Below are positions 47,614-56,675 of a stretch of 64,000 nucleotides of DNA, one piece after another. Every line of letters begins with the position of its first letter. The stretch's first letter is position 1. The notes beneath the pieces were generated by a model. The model did no database searches, had not been told where the DNA came from, and worked only from the letters and a program-made list of their open reading frames with translations. Origin of the DNA: Candidatus Binatia bacterium (GTDB lineage Bacteria; Desulfobacterota; Binatia; Bin18); assembly GCA_963664395.2 (NCBI GenBank), contig OY761159.2, forward strand, positions 2,720,001-2,784,000, in the 5' to 3' direction. Position numbers and translations under genes: made by a program.

Positions 47614-47952
47614 ATGGCGTTCACCCGAGTCTGTAGCCTCGACGATGTATGGGAGGGCGATATGGCCGCGTATGAGGTTGACGGGCAAGCCATCATCTTA
47701 GTCTATCCCATCGATGGTGAGGTCGCCGCCCTTCAGGGCTTCTGTCCGCATCAACAGTCCTCCTTAGCTGAGGGCGATTTCGATGGTCACACGCGGCTGA
47801 CATGCAGCGCCCATGAGTGGCAGTTCGATGTCACGACGGGCAAAGGGATCAATCCGGCAGACTGCGAACTGGCCCGCTATCCCGTCAAAATCGAGCATGA
47901 CGAAATCTATGTGGACGTCGTTGGCATCGCGCCAAGGCGCGTCGGGGTGTGA
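47614..47952 (+). CDS. tmoC: Rieske ferredoxin of the monooxygenase
   Basis: CPHQ...CSAH Rieske motif; GKGINP. Confidence 0.92.
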   Translation: MAFTRVCSLDDVWEGDMAAYEVDGQAIILVYPIDGEVAALQGFCPHQQSSLAEGDFDGHTRLTCSAHEWQFDVTTGKGINPADCELARYPVKIEHDEIYVDVVGIAPRRVGV

Positions 47953-47967
47953 GTTGCGAGGACAGAT

Positions 47968-48267
47968 ATGGGTGAAAAGACAGGCAATAACAAAGTCGGC
48001 CCGGTGCTCAGCGCCGGGGACATTGCGGACGCGGCAATTGACGCCATCTACCAAGACAACCCGGACAAAGACGTGCGGGTTGAAAACCACCACGCCTACA
48101 TTCGGGTCGAGACCGATACCGAGTGCATCATCCGGCGCGAGACCATGGAGGCCACCCTCGGCCGTCCGTTCCACATGCAGGAACTCGAAACCGTCCTGAG
48201 TTCTTTTGCCGGACAGATCGAAACCAGCGCTCACTATATGCGCTTCTATCTGACGAAGAAGCTCTAG
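47968..48267 (+). CDS. tmoD: monooxygenase effector/coupling protein (MmoB/DmpM family)
   Basis: NKVGPVL, DNPDK, AYIRV, LGRPF, LSSFAGQI. Confidence 0.93.
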   Translation: MGEKTGNNKVGPVLSAGDIADAAIDAIYQDNPDKDVRVENHHAYIRVETDTECIIRRETMEATLGRPFHMQELETVLSSFAGQIETSAHYMRFYLTKKL

Positions 48268-48291
48268 GGTCTTTGTACGAGCAGGATCACA

Positions 48292-48331
48292 TCCCCTCTT
48301 GGGAGGGGTGGCGCGTAGCGCCGGGGTGGGT
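48292..48331. repeat. REP-like element TCCCCTC..GGAGGGG..GGGGTGGGT (reverse copy at 62069-62106)
   Basis: Two near-identical copies in the window. Confidence 0.75.
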
Positions 48332-48444
48332 TTCGGGCCGCAGCTTTCCGCGTTGGGAAAGAGAAGGCGGCTCAAGCGGACAAAGTTGGGGTGTGGGCGC
48401 CAGTTTGTTGCGCTGTGGCAATGGCGTAAGGGCGAAAGCGGATT

Positions 48445-49224
48445 ATGCAGGCTAAAGAGATGTTAAGTGAGGAGCAAAAACAGTTTTACCGCGACCAACT
48501 CCGGTCGGCCCGAAACGTTGCCCTGGCGGACGCCGAGGGGTTCATGGCTGTCGTTTACACGCTTGAGTTGATGGGCCAACAACTGGTGGGCAAGATATGT
48601 ATGGGCCTTGGTGAATACAAAAAGAAGTTGAAAGGCGTGGCCAGTTTATCTTCCCTGGCCCATAAGGTCGATCCAACGTACCACGTCAAATTTTCTACCC
48701 TATTCGATGAATTGAAGGATGCAAGGAATGATGCCGTGCATCAAGGTGCTTACGCACGGATACTTACCGATCATGCTGTGGATATTACAATCATACTTGA
48801 GGACGCGCTTATGTCAGGATTCTCCCAGGTTTCGCAGTTCATGGTCCGAGATGTAGTCGAAGCCAAGCCGTGGCAACCCATCAGTTACGTACGACAACAA
48901 ATGTTGAAATATAGCTTCTCTTATCTCCCCATTCAGCATGAGGAGACTTGGAAACTGATCCCTGAATACTCGGTTGCGAAATATCTTCGTGGTTGTTCCC
49001 CAAAAGAACGAGAAATACGGCTCGTCACCATAATTGAAGACGCCATCAAAGAAAGCAAGGGGAACGATAGGCTCCGCGTTCTATCGGCGAAGACCGTATG
49101 CCAGGAAAAGAAAATCGATGGCAGCGACATATTGAAGTGTGTAGGTACGAAACCGATCCTTGTCGTTGATCCCGACCGTGAAGATGAACTGGTAGGAATT
49201 TTAACCGCCGCCGATATCCTATAG
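48445..49224 (+). CDS. putative HEPN domain fused to a CBS pair
   Basis: Helical N-domain with R94-N-D-A-V-H99; CBS-like 'VSQFMVRDVV..FSYLPI' and 'LVGILTAADIL'. Confidence 0.65.
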   Translation: MQAKEMLSEEQKQFYRDQLRSARNVALADAEGFMAVVYTLELMGQQLVGKICMGLGEYKKKLKGVASLSSLAHKVDPTYHVKFSTLFDELKDARNDAVHQGAYARILTDHAVDITIILEDALMSGFSQVSQFMVRDVVEAKPWQPISYVRQQMLKYSFSYLPIQHEETWKLIPEYSVAKYLRGCSPKEREIRLVTIIEDAIKESKGNDRLRVLSAKTVCQEKKIDGSDILKCVGTKPILVVDPDREDELVGILTAADIL

Positions 49225-49457
49225 AAAAAAGCGACCGACTCTCCTTGATCCAGTAGTCCGCCGCGCGGGGCGACCAGGGGGAGGGTTGGGCCGCCGCCGT
49301 TCCGTGGTGCAGCCTTATGCCGGCTCAATCAGTTGAAGAATTGTTTCCCTCCCTGCAATCCTTCCCTTTTTTATTACTCTCTTGAGTATTTTTACTCGGG
49401 AGAGTAAATGCAACCGCTAAAATCCTTCCAACCCTGTGCGTGGCTCTTGCTAGAGGG

Positions 49458-49489
49458 AGGTCGGATTACGCTGCGCTAATCCGACCTGC
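49458..49489. repeat. REP-like palindrome AGGTCGGATTACGCTGCGCTAATCCGACCTGC (related copy at 62027-62057)
   Basis: Inverted repeat; second, diverged copy after miaB. Confidence 0.75.
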
Positions 49490-49500
49490 GGGGCTGACCG

Positions 49501-51147
49501 CTACGCCAACAAGGTGCGCGCAATCACCTTGAGTTCCAGAATAGGTTTGACGCCCTCAAAAATGGGCAGCACCAGGGCGTCCACGACATAGCGCGAGATG
49601 GCGTACTCTTCGCCATAGCCCCAGCCGCCGTGAATGAGCTGGCCTTCCTGGGTGACCCACACCGCCACATCGCAGGCCAGCAGTTTGGCCATGGCCGCGG
49701 TTAGTGTGGCCGCCTCGTCTTTATCCATGGCTGGTGCGGCGGCATAGGTAATTTGGCGCGCCGCGCTAATATGGGCGGCCATGCGGCCCAGCTTGTACTG
49801 GGTGAGCTGGAAGTCGCCCAGCGATTTCTTAAACTGCTTGCGCTCGGCCGCGTAGGCTGCGCTGACCTCCAGCGCGGCTTGGGCGAGCCCGGTTGCCCGC
49901 CCTCCGGTCTGGAGCCGTCCCGCGGCAAAGCCGGCCATCTGCAAATAAAAACCTTTATTCAGCCCAGCCTCTCCACCAACGAGGTTTTCGGCCGGGACGA
50001 AATATTTATCGAGGTTCAACACATAGGAATGCATCCCCCGGTAGCCCAGGGTCGGAATGGCGTCCCCCTGGAGCACACCGCCGGTCTCCTGTTGCATCTC
50101 AAACGAATGGCCCGCAAAAGCGTCTTTTTCAACAATGAATAATGACAGCCCGCGTGCACCGGAGCTGGTGTCCGGGTTGGTGCGGGCCAGTAGGGCAATG
50201 ATGTCGGCCCGTCCGGCAAACGTGCACCACGCCTTGGCCCCGTCGATCACAAAACCGCTTTGCCCGTTGAGCGTGGCCGGCTCGGCGCGGCATTTGACCG
50301 AGGCGACGTCGGAGCCGGTGTCCGGCTCGGTTACGGAAATGGCGACCATTAACTCTCCGCTGGCAATCGGTGGCAGCCATTTCTTCTTCTGGTCTTCGGT
50401 GCCGCCGCGTAATAGGGCCTTGGTCAGAATTTCCGGTCGGGTGATCAGACTGCCGGCCACGCCGAGCGAGGCCGCGGAGAGTTCCTCGGTGGTGATAATC
50501 ATGGCCAGATTGCCCATGCCGCCGCCGCCGTACTCTTCGGGCACCGACATGCCGAAATAGCCCAACTCGGACATGTTTTTGATCACGGATTCCGGAATCA
50601 GCTCGTCGTTGCGATGGACACGCTCCGCAATGGGCGCGACCTCGCTCTTGGCAAACTGACGCACCGAATCCCGCGTCATTGCCGCGATATCACTCTCCAA
50701 CCACGAGTGATTCACGCCTTTTGTCGCCAAAACGGTCTGACCGATCGCGCGGAAGCGACTCTCACGCGCGCCGTCCCGGATGGCGGCCCTGACCTGGGAC
50801 TGTCCGAGCGTGTCGTTCAGAAAAGATTCATCGAATCCGAAATCTTCAATATGGGTGCTGACTTGTGCGGCCAAGCGCTGGCCGACTTCGGCGGCAAACC
50901 CCAGAGCCATACTGGCCGTATGGCCGTTTTCGTCGGCGCGGTTTTCTCCGGCGGCCTGGGCATAGTGCAGGCAGGAGCGGGCGGCCTCGACCTCGGTCGC
51001 CAGATAGGCCAGCCGCTCGGCGTGAACCTGATGGTCATCGATGCCCTTGCCGTTGTCGGTCAGGCTGCGGCCGTGCTGGAGCGCCTCGTCGCGGACTTTT
51101 TGGAGCGCGTCAACGATCAGGCCGGTCTGTTGGAGTGTGTCGGACAT
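49501..51147 (-). CDS. mcd: acyl-CoA dehydrogenase with N-terminal extension, probable (2S)-methylsuccinyl-CoA dehydrogenase
   Basis: AAGGAG RBS before MSDTLQQ; TEPDTGSD, LGYRGM, IHGGWGY, IFEG; ~550 aa with N-terminal extension; divergent from mcl-ecm. Confidence 0.78.
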   Translation of the reverse strand: MSDTLQQTGLIVDALQKVRDEALQHGRSLTDNGKGIDDHQVHAERLAYLATEVEAARSCLHYAQAAGENRADENGHTASMALGFAAEVGQRLAAQVSTHIEDFGFDESFLNDTLGQSQVRAAIRDGARESRFRAIGQTVLATKGVNHSWLESDIAAMTRDSVRQFAKSEVAPIAERVHRNDELIPESVIKNMSELGYFGMSVPEEYGGGGMGNLAMIITTEELSAASLGVAGSLITRPEILTKALLRGGTEDQKKKWLPPIASGELMVAISVTEPDTGSDVASVKCRAEPATLNGQSGFVIDGAKAWCTFAGRADIIALLARTNPDTSSGARGLSLFIVEKDAFAGHSFEMQQETGGVLQGDAIPTLGYRGMHSYVLNLDKYFVPAENLVGGEAGLNKGFYLQMAGFAAGRLQTGGRATGLAQAALEVSAAYAAERKQFKKSLGDFQLTQYKLGRMAAHISAARQITYAAAPAMDKDEAATLTAAMAKLLACDVAVWVTQEGQLIHGGWGYGEEYAISRYVVDALVLPIFEGVKPILELKVIARTLLA

Positions 51148-51315
51148 GCAGTTCTCCTTAATGAAAGCAGAAGAGTGCCGAGAAAATATCACTCGGACAC
51201 ACATCCGCCTAGGGAGGTTGGGCGAGTGGCATGAATCTGATAGAGGAGGAGCCTTCTGTTTTCGTGACCCTGACAGACCGCCGACAAGAAAGAGACTGCC
51301 ATAGAGGAGGACCGT

Positions 51316-52353
51316 ATGTTCGTACTTGATGGGGGAAAACGTTTCGTCATTCCCCGCACTGAGATGACTTATCCCGGCCATAGCATGAAGCTCCACCGCA
51401 ACGCGGCCGACCCGGTTAAAGCACCGGTTGACCATGTGATGATGGATTTTGAAGACGCCTGCCCGTACGAGTTCAAAGGGCCGCAAAGTCGGCAGTGCGT
51501 GGTCGAAGCGCTCAATACTCTGGATTTTGGCAAGAAGGTCATTACCGTGCGGCCCAATAATATCCGCTCTGAGTTTTTCCTGGGCGACCTGGAAGCCATC
51601 GTGAAAGGCGCGCCGGATAAATTTCACGGCATTATCCTGCCCAAGACGCACGGGCCGGACGATATCAAATACGTTTCCAACCTGCTCGATACGTTTGAAA
51701 AGGAAGCCGGCTGGAAATCGCGGGTGCAGATCGAATCCCTGATCGAAATCCCCCAGGCCATTCTGAACGCCTACGCTATTGCGACCGCTTCGGATCGCAT
51801 GGCGGGTTTAATTTTCGGGATAGCCGACTTTGCCGCCACCCTCGGCATTCGTGAAGTGGTCAAAGACCAGAACATTAATTTCCTGTACTCCAAGCAAGCC
51901 GTGGTGGTAGCGGCCAAGGCCGCCGGGTTGCATGCGGTTGATAATGTTTATCTGCCGTTGTGGCGGAAAAACGACCCCGAGGAAAAAATCAAGGAAATCG
52001 AGGCGGGCCTGCGGGACAAAAACATTGGCGCGGCCAATCTCGGCATGGACGGCACCTGGGTCATCCACCCGCAGCAGGCCGCCATCGCCAACGCCTGCTA
52101 CACGCCCAACGACGCGCAGGTCAAATATGCCTCCCGCGTCCTCGACCTCTACCACGAGAAGGGCGGCGGCTCGATGCCCGACCCGGAAACCGGCGAGATG
52201 ATCGACGAGGCGACCATCAAGATCGCGCTGATGGACCTGGCCAAGGCCGTTCAGGCCGAGGCCGTCGAGCCGGCCTACTTGGCCGAACAGGCCGCCAAGA
52301 GCAAGACCATCACCGGCTACGATATTCTGGAACAGATGCGACGGGTGGGATAA
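51316..52353 (+). CDS. mcl: malyl-CoA/beta-methylmalyl-CoA lyase (CitE family)
   Basis: PRTEMTYPG, MMDFEDA, TVRPN, LIE, FGIADF, WVIHPQQ, MIDEAT; EMC context. Confidence 0.8.
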   Translation: MFVLDGGKRFVIPRTEMTYPGHSMKLHRNAADPVKAPVDHVMMDFEDACPYEFKGPQSRQCVVEALNTLDFGKKVITVRPNNIRSEFFLGDLEAIVKGAPDKFHGIILPKTHGPDDIKYVSNLLDTFEKEAGWKSRVQIESLIEIPQAILNAYAIATASDRMAGLIFGIADFAATLGIREVVKDQNINFLYSKQAVVVAAKAAGLHAVDNVYLPLWRKNDPEEKIKEIEAGLRDKNIGAANLGMDGTWVIHPQQAAIANACYTPNDAQVKYASRVLDLYHEKGGGSMPDPETGEMIDEATIKIALMDLAKAVQAEAVEPAYLAEQAAKSKTITGYDILEQMRRVG

Positions 52354-52396
52354 AAGTCTGAAAGTCATAAAACCTGCGCACGATTAAGGACGCCAC

Positions 52397-54370
52397 ATGG
52401 AAAAAGATCGGCCTTGGGTCATGCGAACCTATTCCGGCCACTCGACCGCACAGGCGAGTAATGAACTCTATCGGCTCAATTTGAGTAAAGGCCAGACCGG
52501 CCTGTCGGTTGCCTTCGACCTGCCGACGCAGACCGGCTACGACAGCGATCACGCCCTGGCGCGCGGGGAGGTTGGAAAAGTCGGCGTCCCGATTTGTCAT
52601 ATCGGCGATATGGAAACCCTGTTTGCTGATATTCCGCTCGGCCAGATGAATACCTCCATGACGATTAACGGCACGGCGGCCTGGCTGCTGGCGCTGTATC
52701 TTGCTGCGGCTGAGCGACAAGGGGTGGAGCCCCAGGCCCTCCAGGGTACGACGCAGAACGATATTGTGAAAGAATACCTGTCGCGGGGCACGTATATCTT
52801 TCCGCCCGAGCCGAGCCTGCGTCTTATGAGCGACGTGATCACCTATACGGTCAAAAATATTCCCAAATGGAACCCGGTCAACGTGTGCTCCTACCATCTC
52901 CAGGAAGCCGGTGCCACGCCGGTTCAGGAAGTCGCCTACGCACTGTGTACGGCTATTGCTGTGCTCGACACGGTGCTCGCTTCCGGGCGGCTCGACGCTG
53001 CCGAGTTTGCCGCTGCGGTCGGGCGGCTCAGCTTCTTTGTGAATTCCGGCGTCCGCTTTATCGAGGAGGTGTGTAAGCTGCGCGCCTTTGGTCAGCTTTG
53101 GGAGGAGCTGACGCGTGAACGCTACGGCGTCGAGAATCCAAAGTTGCGCCGTTTTCGGTATGGCGTACAGGTCAATTCTCTGGGGCTGACCGAAGCACAG
53201 CCGGAGAACAATATCCCTCGGATTGTCCTGGAGACTTTGGGCGTAACGCTCAGTAAGGATGCCCGTTGTCGGGCCATGCAGCTCCCGGCCTGGAACGAAG
53301 CGCTGGGATTGCCGCGCCCGTGGGACCAGCAGTGGAGCCTGCGGATTCAGCAGATCCTGGCCTTTGAAACCGACATTTTGGAGTACGGAGATATTTTTGA
53401 CGGGAGCAAGGTTGTTGAGACAAAAACGAACGCGATTAAAAACGCAGCCTGGGCAGAGGTCGAGCGTGTGACGGAAATGGGCGGAGTGATTTCCGCCCTG
53501 GGCTATATCAAAGAGCAGCTCGTGGCGAGTCATACCGAACGGGTGCGCAATATCATTGCCGGGGACCACGTTGTTGTCGGTGTCAACCAGTTTACCGAGA
53601 CCGCGGACTCTCCCCTCTACCGCGGTGATTCGTCGGCTATTCTTAAAGTAGACGAGGCGGCCGAGCGCGACCAACTCGCGCGCCTGGAAGCGTTTCGCAC
53701 TACGCGCAATCAGGCTGAGGTGGCTACGGCTGTCTCCGGTCTGCGCGCTGCGGTCCTCAATGGTGAGAATATCATGCCGGCTTCCATTCACTGCGCGCTG
53801 GTTGGTGTGACGACGGGCGAGTGGACGCAGACCTTGCGCCAGATTTTTGGAGAATTCCGAGCGCCAACCGGTATTGGTGGAGCTGCGGCCGTGCGAACGG
53901 TCAATGGAGAGGCCGCGGGGGCACTTGAGGAACTGCGGGCGAGAGTCCGCAAAAGTGCCGCTACGCTCGGACGTCCGCTCAAGGTTCTGATCGGTAAGCC
54001 GGGCTTGGATGGACACTCTAACGGTGCCGAGCAAATCGCCGTCTGGTGTCGCGACGCGGGCATGGAAGTCGTGTACGAGGGCATACGTCTGTCGCCTGAA
54101 CAGATCGTGACGAGTGCGCGGGATGAAGGCGTCCATCTGGTCGGTCTGAGCATCCTGTCCGGCTCTCACCTCCGACTTGTCCCCGAGGTGCTTACCGGCC
54201 TGCGGGACCAAGGACTGGCCGATGTCCCCGTTGTCGTTGGCGGTATTATTCCCGAGGACGATGCGGAAAACCTGCGGCAGGCCGGCGTCGCGCGGGTCTA
54301 CACCCCCAAAGATTTTGAAATGCTGCGCATTCTGTCTGATATGGTCGAGGTGGCTGAGGCGGCGGCATAA
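52397..54370 (+). CDS. ecm: ethylmalonyl-CoA mutase (MeaA)
   Basis: PWVMRTYSGHS, RYGVQVNSLGLTEAQPENN, KPGLDGHSNGAEQI B12-binding motif typical of Ecm rather than Mcm. Confidence 0.93.
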   Translation: MEKDRPWVMRTYSGHSTAQASNELYRLNLSKGQTGLSVAFDLPTQTGYDSDHALARGEVGKVGVPICHIGDMETLFADIPLGQMNTSMTINGTAAWLLALYLAAAERQGVEPQALQGTTQNDIVKEYLSRGTYIFPPEPSLRLMSDVITYTVKNIPKWNPVNVCSYHLQEAGATPVQEVAYALCTAIAVLDTVLASGRLDAAEFAAAVGRLSFFVNSGVRFIEEVCKLRAFGQLWEELTRERYGVENPKLRRFRYGVQVNSLGLTEAQPENNIPRIVLETLGVTLSKDARCRAMQLPAWNEALGLPRPWDQQWSLRIQQILAFETDILEYGDIFDGSKVVETKTNAIKNAAWAEVERVTEMGGVISALGYIKEQLVASHTERVRNIIAGDHVVVGVNQFTETADSPLYRGDSSAILKVDEAAERDQLARLEAFRTTRNQAEVATAVSGLRAAVLNGENIMPASIHCALVGVTTGEWTQTLRQIFGEFRAPTGIGGAAAVRTVNGEAAGALEELRARVRKSAATLGRPLKVLIGKPGLDGHSNGAEQIAVWCRDAGMEVVYEGIRLSPEQIVTSARDEGVHLVGLSILSGSHLRLVPEVLTGLRDQGLADVPVVVGGIIPEDDAENLRQAGVARVYTPKDFEMLRILSDMVEVAEAAA

Positions 54371-54449
54371 CGGCCGCTCAGCCAGCGTACTGAACAATCC
54401 ACAGGAGCGGCCCGATCTGCTCCGCATCCCTTATCCGTCGCCTCTGTTT

Positions 54450-55424
54450 GTGACACAGCCATCCCACAGCACTGTTGCCGCTCTGGTCGATTTTAATCGC
54501 CGGGCTATTGCGCGGGTGCTCAACCTCCTCGAAGACCGGCGTCCAAACCGTCAAGCCCAAGCGCTGACGCTGCTGGATACCCTCTCGGCCCTGCCCGTAT
54601 CGGCCCATGTCGTTGGGCTGACCGGTCCGCCCGGCGTGGGCAAAAGCTCGCTCATCTCCCGGCTGATTGAGTCGCAGGCCGGCCGCCGGGTCGCCATTAT
54701 TGCGGTCGATCCGTCGAGTAAGGTGTCGGGCGGAGCGCTATTGGGTGATCGTGGCCGGATGCAGTTATCGGCCGAGGTGTATGCCCGTAGTTACGCGGCG
54801 CGGGACCGGCTGGGGGGCCTGAGTCGGGAGGCGTGGGCGGCTGTTTTTCTGCTGCGACATTGCTGTGATCTGATTCTCGTCGAGACGGTTGGGGTCGGCC
54901 AAAGCGAGACCGATATTGCTACCCTTGCCGATACCACCGTCCTGGTCGTCCAGCCATTTGCCGGTGACCTGCTCCAGTTCATCAAGGCCGGGGTGATGGA
55001 GATCCCGGACATTCTGGCCGTGAATAAGGCGGATAATCAGGCGCTGGCTCAAAAGGCGTTGTCCGATACCCAGGCGGCGCTCGCCTTGGCACGGCGTCCG
55101 ACCCCTCCTGAGCCTGAAGCATGGGACAGTCCGGTACTGGCCGTCAGTGCGGCAACCAATCTGAATATTGACGTACTCAATCAAGCCATCAGCTCGCACC
55201 ATCAGCATCTGCAATCGACAACTGACATGGAGAAGAAACGCGCTGCTCAACACCTGGAGTGGGGGATTGGAGAAATACGCCACGAGGTCGGGCAACGCGG
55301 CCTGGCCGCCCTGGGCGGCGTTGAGGGTGTGCGCGCGGCCTGGAATCGGCAACCCGCGCACTGGAGTGTGGTCCGCAAGCTCGCCGCTCTGCTTGAGCGC
55401 GTTCAATATCGGACCTCATGGTAG
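54450..55424 (+). CDS. meaB: MeaB/ArgK GTPase chaperone for B12 mutases (start uncertain)
   Basis: GLTGPPGVGKSS, AVDPSS..GGALLGDR, ETVGVGQSE, KAGVMEI, NKAD. Confidence 0.9.
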   Translation: MTQPSHSTVAALVDFNRRAIARVLNLLEDRRPNRQAQALTLLDTLSALPVSAHVVGLTGPPGVGKSSLISRLIESQAGRRVAIIAVDPSSKVSGGALLGDRGRMQLSAEVYARSYAARDRLGGLSREAWAAVFLLRHCCDLILVETVGVGQSETDIATLADTTVLVVQPFAGDLLQFIKAGVMEIPDILAVNKADNQALAQKALSDTQAALALARRPTPPEPEAWDSPVLAVSAATNLNIDVLNQAISSHHQHLQSTTDMEKKRAAQHLEWGIGEIRHEVGQRGLAALGGVEGVRAAWNRQPAHWSVVRKLAALLERVQYRTSW

Positions 55425-55446
55425 GGGCAACCCCCTGTGGTTGCCC
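55421..55446. repeat. GTAG REP-like element GTAGGGGCAACCCCCTGTGGTTGCCC
   Basis: Identical reverse-complement copy at 59245-59270 and near-identical copy at 60620-60646. Confidence 0.85.
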
Positions 55447-55475
55447 CTTGTGAGGAAAAGGATCAGGAGAGGGAA

Positions 55476-56648
55476 ATGTATCAAGCGTCTCTGTATATAA
55501 TACGCGCCGGGCTCGTCTGTATGGTCAGTCTGGCGCTGTGCGCGACGCCGAGCTCTGCTCAGGACACTGAGGCCGAGCAACTCTGGGGGCAGTGCGGTGG
55601 GCAGCAACACCAGCCCAAAAAGCGGCAGTGTTACCACGCCGGGCTGGAAAAAATCCTGCGCACCCAGGGCACTGAACACGCGCTGGCCACGCTGGACAAG
55701 CTGACACAGCGGGACCCTGACGTGTTGCGTGACGCTCACCCCTATACCCATCATCTCGGCCGGGCATCATTCGCATATTATCAGGATGTGGCCGAGGCAT
55801 TTGCCCGCTGCCGGGAGACCTTCTGGTCGGGCTGTTATCACGGCGTGCTGGAAGGCTATCTGCGCAGTCTGCCCGAGGTGCGGGCTGACACCATAGCCGC
55901 GGTGTGTACCCAGGAGATTGATGCCTGGCAGTCCACGTTTTTGCAGTATCAATGTCTGCACGGCCTGGGGCACGGCCTGACCTTATATTTTGATTACCAA
56001 CTCCCCGCCGCACTTGAAGGCTGCGATGCCTTAGCCTCGCCCTGGGAGCGCGAGTCGTGCTACAGCGGCGTCTTTATGGAGAATGTCGTGGCCTTTCTGC
56101 AGCCCCATCACACGCATCAGGAGGGACATCAGAGCCACGCCGACCGTCCCAGAAGCTTACTCCGGCCGGAAGACCCCTTGTATCCCTGTACGGCGGTGGA
56201 CGAAGCCTACCAACGGGCCTGTTACCGGATGCAGTCTTCAGCCATCCTGGCCTTTTCGCAGTACGATTTCACAAAGGCTTTTCAAGTGTGCGCCGGCGCG
56301 CCGGCCGCATTTGTGACTGTCTGCTATGAAAGCCTGGGTCGCGATGTGAGCGGGTTCACGATGCGTGATGCTGAGAAGACTATGGGCCTGTGCCAGCAGG
56401 GCAGCCCGGAACAGGCCACCGCCTGTCTTGTTGGTGCGGTGAAAGATTTTATCTTGACCCACGCCGACCCGCAGCGTGGACTCGCATTTTGTCGGCGGCT
56501 TGACGACGCTTCAAAAGAAGCGTGTTACGCAGCGACCGGTGAGGTCCTCTTGTCGCTATATCCGGACAACCAACAACGAGCCCAGTCCTGTGCCCAAGCG
56601 GAGCAGGACTATATTGAAGCCTGCAAAGCTGCTGCGGCCGCCTTGTAA
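55476..56648 (+). CDS. secreted Cys/His-rich repeat protein
   Basis: Signal peptide; HPYTHHLG, GCYHGVLE, CLHGLGHG, CYSGVFME, CYESLG repeats. Confidence 0.8.
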   Translation: MYQASLYIIRAGLVCMVSLALCATPSSAQDTEAEQLWGQCGGQQHQPKKRQCYHAGLEKILRTQGTEHALATLDKLTQRDPDVLRDAHPYTHHLGRASFAYYQDVAEAFARCRETFWSGCYHGVLEGYLRSLPEVRADTIAAVCTQEIDAWQSTFLQYQCLHGLGHGLTLYFDYQLPAALEGCDALASPWERESCYSGVFMENVVAFLQPHHTHQEGHQSHADRPRSLLRPEDPLYPCTAVDEAYQRACYRMQSSAILAFSQYDFTKAFQVCAGAPAAFVTVCYESLGRDVSGFTMRDAEKTMGLCQQGSPEQATACLVGAVKDFILTHADPQRGLAFCRRLDDASKEACYAATGEVLLSLYPDNQQRAQSCAQAEQDYIEACKAAAAAL

Positions 56649-56675
56649 CAATTCCCAATCCCGAGCCCCCAATCC

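Noticed and set aside
51148-51651. 168-aa N-terminal extension of the acyl-CoA dehydrogenase in the ORF track
   Set aside because: Overlaps the divergent mcl gene; a good RBS precedes ATG 51147
52310-54427. 705-aa minus-strand ORF
   Set aside because: Antisense shadow of ecm, expected from codon bias; no recognisable motifs
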